Part shown: positions 7,354-19,300 of the stretch, piece after piece
How positions within the stretch are numbered: position 1 is the first letter of the stretch
Layout: every line of letters starts with the position of its first letter
Assembly: GCA_002269645.1 (NCBI GenBank)
Contig: NIVC01005056.1
Location: forward strand, 1 to 27,612
Length of the DNA: 27,612 bases
From: Macrostomum lignano
Taxonomy: Eukaryota
Reading direction: 5' to 3'
The notes under the pieces: model-generated
The model's input: the letters and a program-made list of their open reading frames with translations, nothing else
Told to the model about the DNA's origin: nothing
The model's database searches: none
Translations under genes and position numbers: made by a program

Positions 7354-10300
7354 ATGAAGACGTACTCAGCCGCCGTTCTCCTCGGATTAGCTCTGCTCAT
7401 CGCCACAGTAGCCTTCCTGCAGTACAACCGGCAGAACCAACGCAGCAACAAAACTAACAACTACTTGGCACAGGCGGCACAAACAACCAACAAAAAAAGC
7501 ACAATTTACAACAATTTTATGCAACACCCTACATCAACACTCAAAAACGTAAACAGGAACGATACAGTTTCTACTACAAAGAAAAAACACTATATACAAT
7601 CAAACGCTACCAAAGTGAAAAATAAAAGCAAACATAGAGTCAAAACAGACATTAAAAACCGATATTCACCAACTGTGCACAACCAAATACTTGCTAAAAA
7701 TTCTGCACCGCCGCCGACGGAGAGCAGCAGTACTACTGGCACCACCGACGAGGCAGTGACGCCGTCGGAGGAGTCGACTTTGACAACAGAGCCGTCGACT
7801 GCGGACTCTTCGTCGGCTACTATTAGCTCCTCGGCTTCACCGGAAGCGAGCACAGAAGCCAGCACAGAAGAGAGGACAACAGCCGGTCCCGAGGCTACTA
7901 CTGAGACTGCACCGCCGCCGACGGAGAGCAGCAGTACTACTGGCACCACCGACGAGGCAGTGACGCCGTCGGAGGAGTCGACTTTGACAACAGAGCCGTC
8001 GACTGCGGACTCTTCGTCGGCTACTATTAGCTCCTCGGCTTCACCGGAAGCGAGCACAGAAGCCAGCACAGAAGAGAGGACAACAGCCGGTCCCGAGGCT
8101 ACTACTGAGACTGCACCGCCGCCGACGGAGAGCAGCAGTACTACTGGCACCACCGACGAGGCAGTGACGCCGTCGGAGGAGTCGACTTTGACAACAGAGC
8201 CGTCGACTGCGGACTCTTCGTCGGCTACTATTAGCTCCTCGGCTTCACCGGAAGCGAGCACAGAAGCCAGCACAGAAGAGAGGACAACAGCCGGTCCCGA
8301 GGCTACTACTGAGACTGCACCGCCGCCGACGGAGAGCAGCAGTACTACTGGCACCACCGACGAGGCAGTGACGCCGTCGGAGGAGTCGACTTTGACAACA
8401 GAGCCGTCGACTGCGGACTCTTCGTCGGCTACTATTAGCTCCTCGGCTTCACCGGAAGCGAGCACAGAAGCCAGCACAGAAGAGAGGACAACAGCCGGTC
8501 CCGAGGCTACTACTGAGACTGCACCGCCGCCGACGGAGAGCAGCAGTACTACTGGCACCACCGACGAGGCAGTGACGCCGTCGGAGGAGTCGACTTTGAC
8601 AACAGAGCCGTCGACTGCGGACTCTTCGTCGGCTACTATTAGCTCCTCGGCTTCACCGGAAGCGAGCACAGAAGCCAGCACAGAAGAGAGGACAACAGCC
8701 GGTCCCGAGGCTACTACTGAGACTGCACCGCCGCCGACGGAGAGCAGCAGTACTACTGGCACCACCGACGAGGCAGTGACGCCGTCGGAGGAGTCGACTT
8801 TGACAACAGAGCCGTCGACTGCGGACTCTTCGTCGGCTACTATTAGCTCCTCGGCTTCACCGGAAGCGAGCACAGAAGCCAGCACAGAAGAGAGGACAAC
8901 AGCCGGTCCCGAGGCTACTACTGAGACTGCACCGCCGCCGACGGAGAGCAGCAGTACTACTGGCACCACCGACGAGGCAGTGACGCCGTCGGAGGAGTCG
9001 ACTTTGACAACAGAGCCGTCGACTGCGGACTCTTCGTCGGCTACTATTAGCTCCTCGGCTTCACCGGAAGCGAGCACAGAAGCCAGCACAGAAGAGAGGA
9101 CAACAGCCGGTCCCGAGGCTACTACTGAGACTGCACCGCCGCCGACGGAGAGCAGCAGTACTACTGGCACCACCGACGAGGCAGTGACGCCGTCGGAGGA
9201 GTCGACTTTGACAACAGAGCCGTCGACTGCGGACTCTTCGTCGGCTACTATTAGCTCCTCGGCTTCACCGGAAGCGAGCACAGAAGCCAGCACAGAAGAG
9301 AGGACAACAGCCGGTCCCGAGGCTACTACTGAGACTGCACCGCCGCCGACGGAGAGCAGCAGTACTACTGGCACCACCGACGAGGCAGTGACGCCGTCGG
9401 AGGAGTCGACTTTGACAACAGAGCCGTCGACTGCGGACTCTTCGTCGGCTACTATTAGCTCCTCGGCTTCACCGGAAGCGAGCACAGAAGCCAGCACAGA
9501 AGAGAGGACAACAGCCGGTCCCGAGGCTACTACTGAGACTGCACCGCCGCCGACGGAGAGCAGCAGTACTACTGGCACCACCGACGAGGCAGTGACGCCG
9601 TCGGAGGAGTCGACTTTGACAACAGAGCCGTCGACTGCGGACTCTTCGTCGGCTACTATTAGCTCCTCGGCTTCACCGGAAGCGAGCACAGAAGCCAGCA
9701 CAGAAGAGAGGACAACAGCCGGTCCCGAGGCTACTACTGAGACTGCACCGCCGCCGACGGAGAGCAGCAGTACTACTGGCACCACCGACGAGGCAGTGAC
9801 GCCGTCGGAGGAGTCGACTTTGACAACAGAGCCGTCGACTGCGGACTCTTCGTCGGCTACTATTAGCTCCTCGGCTTCACCGGAAGCGAGCACAGAAGCC
9901 AGCACAGAAGAGAGGACAACAGCCGGTCCCGAGGCTACTACTGAGACTGCACCGCCGCCGACGGAGAGCAGCAGTACTACTGGCACCACCGACGAGGCAG
10001 TGACGCCGTCGGAGGAGTCGACTTTGACAACAGAGCCGTCGACTGCGGACTCTTCGTCGGCTACTATTAGCTCCTCGGCTTCACCGGAAGCGAGCACAGA
10101 AGCCAGCACAGAAGAGAGGACAACAGCCGGTCCCGAGGCTACTACTGAGACTGCACCGCCGCCGACGGAGAGCAGCAGTACTACTGGCACCACCGACGAG
10201 GCAGTGACGCCGTCGGAGGAGTCGACTTTGACAACAGAGCCGTCGACTGCGGACTCTTCGTCGGCTACTATTAGCTCCTCGGCTTCACCGGAAGCGAGCA

Positions 10301-13300
10301 CAGAAGCCAGCACAGAAGAGAGGACAACAGCCGGTCCCGAGGCTACTACTGAGACTGCACCGCCGCCGACGGAGAGCAGCAGTACTACTGGCACCACCGA
10401 CGAGGCAGTGACGCCGTCGGAGGAGTCGACTTTGACAACAGAGCCGTCGACTGCGGACTCTTCGTCGGCTACTATTAGCTCCTCGGCTTCACCGGAAGCG
10501 AGCACAGAAGCCAGCACAGAAGAGAGGACAACAGCCGGTCCCGAGGCTACTACTGAGACTGCACCGCCGCCGACGGAGAGCAGCAGTACTACTGGCACCA
10601 CCGACGAGGCAGTGACGCCGTCGGAGGAGTCGACTTTGACAACAGAGCCGTCGACTGCGGACTCTTCGTCGGCTACTATTAGCTCCTCGGCTTCACCGGA
10701 AGCGAGCACAGAAGCCAGCACAGAAGAGAGGACAACAGCCGGTCCCGAGGCTACTACTGAGACTGCACCGCCGCCGACGGAGAGCAGCAGTACTACTGGC
10801 ACCACCGACGAGGCAGTGACGCCGTCGGAGGAGTCGACTTTGACAACAGAGCCGTCGACTGCGGACTCTTCGTCGGCTACTATTAGCTCCTCGGCTTCAC
10901 CGGAAGCGAGCACAGAAGCCAGCACAGAAGAGAGGACAACAGCCGGTCCCGAGGCTACTACTGAGACTGCACCGCCGCCGACGGAGAGCAGCAGTACTAC
11001 TGGCACCACCGACGAGGCAGTGACGCCGTCGGAGGAGTCGACTTTGACAACAGAGCCGTCGACTGCGGACTCTTCGTCGGCTACTATTAGCTCCTCGGCT
11101 TCACCGGAAGCGAGCACAGAAGCCAGCACAGAAGAGAGGACAACAGCCGGTCCCGAGGCTACTACTGAGACTGCACCGCCGCCGACGGAGAGCAGCAGTA
11201 CTACTGGCACCACCGACGAGGCAGTGACGCCGTCGGAGGAGTCGACTTTGACAACAGAGCCGTCGACTGCGGACTCTTCGTCGGCTACTATTAGCTCCTC
11301 GGCTTCACCGGAAGCGAGCACAGAAGCCAGCACAGAAGAGAGGACAACAGCCGGTCCCGAGGCTACTACTGAGACTGCACCGCCGCCGACGGAGAGCAGC
11401 AGTACTACTGGCACCACCGACGAGGCAGTGACGCCGTCGGAGGAGTCGACTTTGACAACAGAGCCGTCGACTGCGGACTCTTCGTCGGCTACTATTAGCT
11501 CCTCGGCTTCACCGGAAGCGAGCACAGAAGCCAGCACAGAAGAGAGGACAACAGCCGGTCCCGAGGCTACTACTGAGACTGCACCGCCGCCGACGGAGAG
11601 CAGCAGTACTACTGGCACCACCGACGAGGCAGTGACGCCGTCGGAGGAGTCGACTTTGACAACAGAGCCGTCGACTGCGGACTCTTCGTCGGCTACTATT
11701 AGCTCCTCGGCTTCACCGGAAGCGAGCACAGAAGCCAGCACAGAAGAGAGGACAACAGCCGGTCCCGAGGCTACTACTGAGACTGCACCGCCGCCGACGG
11801 AGAGCAGCAGTACTACTGGCACCACCGACGAGGCAGTGACGCCGTCGGAGGAGTCGACTTTGACAACAGAGCCGTCGACTGCGGACTCTTCGTCGGCTAC
11901 TATTAGCTCCTCGGCTTCACCGGAAGCGAGCACAGAAGCCAGCACAGAAGAGAGGACAACAGCCGGTCCCGAGGCTACTACTGAGACTGCACCGCCGCCG
12001 ACGGAGAGCAGCAGTACTACTGGCACCACCGACGAGGCAGTGACGCCGTCGGAGGAGTCGACTTTGACAACAGAGCCGTCGACTGCGGACTCTTCGTCGG
12101 CTACTATTAGCTCCTCGGCTTCACCGGAAGCGAGCACAGAAGCCAGCACAGAAGAGAGGACAACAGCCGGTCCCGAGGCTACTACTGAGACTGCACCGCC
12201 GCCGACGGAGAGCAGCAGTACTACTGGCACCACCGACGAGGCAGTGACGCCGTCGGAGGAGTCGACTTTGACAACAGAGCCGTCGACTGCGGACTCTTCG
12301 TCGGCTACTATTAGCTCCTCGGCTTCACCGGAAGCGAGCACAGAAGCCAGCACAGAAGAGAGGACAACAGCCGGTCCCGAGGCTACTACTGAGACTGCAC
12401 CGCCGCCGACGGAGAGCAGCAGTACTACTGGCACCACCGACGAGGCAGTGACGCCGTCGGAGGAGTCGACTTTGACAACAGAGCCGTCGACTGCGGACTC
12501 TTCGTCGGCTACTATTAGCTCCTCGGCTTCACCGGAAGCGAGCACAGAAGCCAGCACAGAAGAGAGGACAACAGCCGGTCCCGAGGCTACTACTGAGACT
12601 GCACCGCCGCCGACGGAGAGCAGCAGTACTACTGGCACCACCGACGAGGCAGTGACGCCGTCGGAGGAGTCGACTTTGACAACAGAGCCGTCGACTGCGG
12701 ACTCTTCGTCGGCTACTATTAGCTCCTCGGCTTCACCGGAAGCGAGCACAGAAGCCAGCACAGAAGAGAGGACAACAGCCGGTCCCGAGGCTACTACTGA
12801 GACTGCACCGCCGCCGACGGAGAGCAGCAGTACTACTGGCACCACCGACGAGGCAGTGACGCCGTCGGAGGAGTCGACTTTGACAACAGAGCCGTCGACT
12901 GCGGACTCTTCGTCGGCTACTATTAGCTCCTCGGCTTCACCGGAAGCGAGCACAGAAGCCAGCACAGAAGAGAGGACAACAGCCGGTCCCGAGGCTACTA
13001 CTGAGACTGCACCGCCGCCGACGGAGAGCAGCAGTACTACTGGCACCACCGACGAGGCAGTGACGCCGTCGGAGGAGTCGACTTTGACAACAGAGCCGTC
13101 GACTGCGGACTCTTCGTCGGCTACTATTAGCTCCTCGGCTTCACCGGAAGCGAGCACAGAAGCCAGCACAGAAGAGAGGACAACAGCCGGTCCCGAGGCT
13201 ACTACTGAGACTGCACCGCCGCCGACGGAGAGCAGCAGTACTACTGGCACCACCGACGAGGCAGTGACGCCGTCGGAGGAGTCGACTTTGACAACAGAGC

Positions 13301-16300
13301 CGTCGACTGCGGACTCTTCGTCGGCTACTATTAGCTCCTCGGCTTCACCGGAAGCGAGCACAGAAGCCAGCACAGAAGAGAGGACAACAGCCGGTCCCGA
13401 GGCTACTACTGAGACTGCACCGCCGCCGACGGAGAGCAGCAGTACTACTGGCACCACCGACGAGGCAGTGACGCCGTCGGAGGAGTCGACTTTGACAACA
13501 GAGCCGTCGACTGCGGACTCTTCGTCGGCTACTATTAGCTCCTCGGCTTCACCGGAAGCGAGCACAGAAGCCAGCACAGAAGAGAGGACAACAGCCGGTC
13601 CCGAGGCTACTACTGAGACTGCACCGCCGCCGACGGAGAGCAGCAGTACTACTGGCACCACCGACGAGGCAGTGACGCCGTCGGAGGAGTCGACTTTGAC
13701 AACAGAGCCGTCGACTGCGGACTCTTCGTCGGCTACTATTAGCTCCTCGGCTTCACCGGAAGCGAGCACAGAAGCCAGCACAGAAGAGAGGACAACAGCC
13801 GGTCCCGAGGCTACTACTGAGACTGCACCGCCGCCGACGGAGAGCAGCAGTACTACTGGCACCACCGACGAGGCAGTGACGCCGTCGGAGGAGTCGACTT
13901 TGACAACAGAGCCGTCGACTGCGGACTCTTCGTCGGCTACTATTAGCTCCTCGGCTTCACCGGAAGCGAGCACAGAAGCCAGCACAGAAGAGAGGACAAC
14001 AGCCGGTCCCGAGGCTACTACTGAGACTGCACCGCCGCCGACGGAGAGCAGCAGTACTACTGGCACCACCGACGAGGCAGTGACGCCGTCGGAGGAGTCG
14101 ACTTTGACAACAGAGCCGTCGACTGCGGACTCTTCGTCGGCTACTATTAGCTCCTCGGCTTCACCGGAAGCGAGCACAGAAGCCAGCACAGAAGAGAGGA
14201 CAACAGCCGGTCCCGAGGCTACTACTGAGACTGCACCGCCGCCGACGGAGAGCAGCAGTACTACTGGCACCACCGACGAGGCAGTGACGCCGTCGGAGGA
14301 GTCGACTTTGACAACAGAGCCGTCGACTGCGGACTCTTCGTCGGCTACTATTAGCTCCTCGGCTTCACCGGAAGCGAGCACAGAAGCCAGCACAGAAGAG
14401 AGGACAACAGCCGGTCCCGAGGCTACTACTGAGACTGCACCGCCGCCGACGGAGAGCAGCAGTACTACTGGCACCACCGACGAGGCAGTGACGCCGTCGG
14501 AGGAGTCGACTTTGACAACAGAGCCGTCGACTGCGGACTCTTCGTCGGCTACTATTAGCTCCTCGGCTTCACCGGAAGCGAGCACAGAAGCCAGCACAGA
14601 AGAGAGGACAACAGCCGGTCCCGAGGCTACTACTGAGACTGCACCGCCGCCGACGGAGAGCAGCAGTACTACTGGCACCACCGACGAGGCAGTGACGCCG
14701 TCGGAGGAGTCGACTTTGACAACAGAGCCGTCGACTGCGGACTCTTCGTCGGCTACTATTAGCTCCTCGGCTTCACCGGAAGCGAGCACAGAAGCCAGCA
14801 CAGAAGAGAGGACAACAGCCGGTCCCGAGGCTACTACTGAGACTGCACCGCCGCCGACGGAGAGCAGCAGTACTACTGGCACCACCGACGAGGCAGTGAC
14901 GCCGTCGGAGGAGTCGACTTTGACAACAGAGCCGTCGACTGCGGACTCTTCGTCGGCTACTATTAGCTCCTCGGCTTCACCGGAAGCGAGCACAGAAGCC
15001 AGCACAGAAGAGAGGACAACAGCCGGTCCCGAGGCTACTACTGAGACTGCACCGCCGCCGACGGAGAGCAGCAGTACTACTGGCACCACCGACGAGGCAG
15101 TGACGCCGTCGGAGGAGTCGACTTTGACAACAGAGCCGTCGACTGCGGACTCTTCGTCGGCTACTATTAGCTCCTCGGCTTCACCGGAAGCGAGCACAGA
15201 AGCCAGCACAGAAGAGAGGACAACAGCCGGTCCCGAGGCTACTACTGAGACTGCACCGCCGCCGACGGAGAGCAGCAGTACTACTGGCACCACCGACGAG
15301 GCAGTGACGCCGTCGGAGGAGTCGACTTTGACAACAGAGCCGTCGACTGCGGACTCTTCGTCGGCTACTATTAGCTCCTCGGCTTCACCGGAAGCGAGCA
15401 CAGAAGCCAGCACAGAAGAGAGGACAACAGCCGGTCCCGAGGCTACTACTGAGACTGCACCGCCGCCGACGGAGAGCAGCAGTACTACTGGCACCACCGA
15501 CGAGGCAGTGACGCCGTCGGAGGAGTCGACTTTGACAACAGAGCCGTCGACTGCGGACTCTTCGTCGGCTACTATTAGCTCCTCGGCTTCACCGGAAGCG
15601 AGCACAGAAGCCAGCACAGAAGAGAGGACAACAGCCGGTCCCGAGGCTACTACTGAGACTGCACCGCCGCCGACGGAGAGCAGCAGTACTACTGGCACCA
15701 CCGACGAGGCAGTGACGCCGTCGGAGGAGTCGACTTTGACAACAGAGCCGTCGACTGCGGACTCTTCGTCGGCTACTATTAGCTCCTCGGCTTCACCGGA
15801 AGCGAGCACAGAAGCCAGCACAGAAGAGAGGACAACAGCCGGTCCCGAGGCTACTACTGAGACTGCACCGCCGCCGACGGAGAGCAGCAGTACTACTGGC
15901 ACCACCGACGAGGCAGTGACGCCGTCGGAGGAGTCGACTTTGACAACAGAGCCGTCGACTGCGGACTCTTCGTCGGCTACTATTAGCTCCTCGGCTTCAC
16001 CGGAAGCGAGCACAGAAGCCAGCACAGAAGAGAGGACAACAGCCGGTCCCGAGGCTACTACTGAGACTGCACCGCCGCCGACGGAGAGCAGCAGTACTAC
16101 TGGCACCACCGACGAGGCAGTGACGCCGTCGGAGGAGTCGACTTTGACAACAGAGCCGTCGACTGCGGACTCTTCGTCGGCTACTATTAGCTCCTCGGCT
16201 TCACCGGAAGCGAGCACAGAAGCCAGCACAGAAGAGAGGACAACAGCCGGTCCCGAGGCTACTACTGAGACTGCACCGCCGCCGACGGAGAGCAGCAGTA

Positions 16301-19300
16301 CTACTGGCACCACCGACGAGGCAGTGACGCCGTCGGAGGAGTCGACTTTGACAACAGAGCCGTCGACTGCGGACTCTTCGTCGGCTACTATTAGCTCCTC
16401 GGCTTCACCGGAAGCGAGCACAGAAGCCAGCACAGAAGAGAGGACAACAGCCGGTCCCGAGGCTACTACTGAGACTGCACCGCCGCCGACGGAGAGCAGC
16501 AGTACTACTGGCACCACCGACGAGGCAGTGACGCCGTCGGAGGAGTCGACTTTGACAACAGAGCCGTCGACTGCGGACTCTTCGTCGGCTACTATTAGCT
16601 CCTCGGCTTCACCGGAAGCGAGCACAGAAGCCAGCACAGAAGAGAGGACAACAGCCGGTCCCGAGGCTACTACTGAGACTGCACCGCCGCCGACGGAGAG
16701 CAGCAGTACTACTGGCACCACCGACGAGGCAGTGACGCCGTCGGAGGAGTCGACTTTGACAACAGAGCCGTCGACTGCGGACTCTTCGTCGGCTACTATT
16801 AGCTCCTCGGCTTCACCGGAAGCGAGCACAGAAGCCAGCACAGAAGAGAGGACAACAGCCGGTCCCGAGGCTACTACTGAGACTGCACCGCCGCCGACGG
16901 AGAGCAGCAGTACTACTGGCACCACCGACGAGGCAGTGACGCCGTCGGAGGAGTCGACTTTGACAACAGAGCCGTCGACTGCGGACTCTTCGTCGGCTAC
17001 TATTAGCTCCTCGGCTTCACCGGAAGCGAGCACAGAAGCCAGCACAGAAGAGAGGACAACAGCCGGTCCCGAGGCTACTACTGAGACTGCACCGCCGCCG
17101 ACGGAGAGCAGCAGTACTACTGGCACCACCGACGAGGCAGTGACGCCGTCGGAGGAGTCGACTTTGACAACAGAGCCGTCGACTGCGGACTCTTCGTCGG
17201 CTACTATTAGCTCCTCGGCTTCACCGGAAGCGAGCACAGAAGCCAGCACAGAAGAGAGGACAACAGCCGGTCCCGAGGCTACTACTGAGACTGCACCGCC
17301 GCCGACGGAGAGCAGCAGTACTACTGGCACCACCGACGAGGCAGTGACGCCGTCGGAGGAGTCGACTTTGACAACAGAGCCGTCGACTGCGGACTCTTCG
17401 TCGGCTACTATTAGCTCCTCGGCTTCACCGGAAGCGAGCACAGAAGCCAGCACAGAAGAGAGGACAACAGCCGGTCCCGAGGCTACTACTGAGACTGCAC
17501 CGCCGCCGACGGAGAGCAGCAGTACTACTGGCACCACCGACGAGGCAGTGACGCCGTCGGAGGAGTCGACTTTGACAACAGAGCCGTCGACTGCGGACTC
17601 TTCGTCGGCTACTATTAGCTCCTCGGCTTCACCGGAAGCGAGCACAGAAGCCAGCACAGAAGAGAGGACAACAGCCGGTCCCGAGGCTACTACTGAGACT
17701 GCACCGCCGCCGACGGAGAGCAGCAGTACTACTGGCACCACCGACGAGGCAGTGACGCCGTCGGAGGAGTCGACTTTGACAACAGAGCCGTCGACTGCGG
17801 ACTCTTCGTCGGCTACTATTAGCTCCTCGGCTTCACCGGAAGCGAGCACAGAAGCCAGCACAGAAGAGAGGACAACAGCCGGTCCCGAGGCTACTACTGA
17901 GACTGCACCGCCGCCGACGGAGAGCAGCAGTACTACTGGCACCACCGACGAGGCAGTGACGCCGTCGGAGGAGTCGACTTTGACAACAGAGCCGTCGACT
18001 GCGGACTCTTCGTCGGCTACTATTAGCTCCTCGGCTTCACCGGAAGCGAGCACAGAAGCCAGCACAGAAGAGAGGACAACAGCCGGTCCCGAGGCTACTA
18101 CTGAGACTGCACCGCCGCCGACGGAGAGCAGCAGTACTACTGGCACCACCGACGAGGCAGTGACGCCGTCGGAGGAGTCGACTTTGACAACAGAGCCGTC
18201 GACTGCGGACTCTTCGTCGGCTACTATTAGCTCCTCGGCTTCACCGGAAGCGAGCACAGAAGCCAGCACAGAAGAGAGGACAACAGCCGGTCCCGAGGCT
18301 ACTACTGAGACTGCACCGCCGCCGACGGAGAGCAGCAGTACTACTGGCACCACCGACGAGGCAGTGACGCCGTCGGAGGAGTCGACTTTGACAACAGAGC
18401 CGTCGACTGCGGACTCTTCGTCGGCTACTATTAGCTCCTCGGCTTCACCGGAAGCGAGCACAGAAGCCAGCACAGAAGAGAGGACAACAGCCGGTCCCGA
18501 GGCTACTACTGAGACTGCACCGCCGCCGACGGAGAGCAGCAGTACTACTGGCACCACCGACGAGGCAGTGACGCCGTCGGAGGAGTCGACTTTGACAACA
18601 GAGCCGTCGACTGCGGACTCTTCGTCGGCTACTATTAGCTCCTCGGCTTCACCGGAAGCGAGCACAGAAGCCAGCACAGAAGAGAGGACAACAGCCGGTC
18701 CCGAGGCTACTACTGAGACTGCACCGCCGCCGACGGAGAGCAGCAGTACTACTGGCACCACCGACGAGGCAGTGACGCCGTCGGAGGAGTCGACTTTGAC
18801 AACAGAGCCGTCGACTGCGGACTCTTCGTCGGCTACTATTAGCTCCTCGGCTTCACCGGAAGCGAGCACAGAAGCCAGCACAGAAGAGAGGACAACAGCC
18901 GGTCCCGAGGCTACTACTGAGACTGCACCGCCGCCGACGGAGAGCAGCAGTACTACTGGCACCACCGACGAGGCAGTGACGCCGTCGGAGGAGTCGACTT
19001 TGACAACAGAGCCGTCGACTGCGGACTCTTCGTCGGCTACTATTAGCTCCTCGGCTTCACCGGAAGCGAGCACAGAAGCCAGCACAGAAGAGAGGACAAC
19101 AGCCGGTCCCGAGGCTACTACTGAGACTGCACCGCCGCCGACGGAGAGCAGCAGTACTACTGGCACCACCGACGAGGCAGTGACGCCGTCGGAGGAGTCG
19201 ACTTTGACAACAGAGCCGTCGACTGCGGACTCTTCGTCGGCTACTATTAGCTCCTCGGCTTCACCGGAAGCGAGCACAGAAGCCAGCACAGAAGAGAGGA

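Noticed and set aside
3923-7705. Fusion of Ada2b to the mucin gene by splicing from AAG|GTAACG (3923)
   Set aside because: There is no acceptor or pyrimidine tract at the repeat junction, the mucin has its own signal-like start, and nothing in the sequence supports a chimera.
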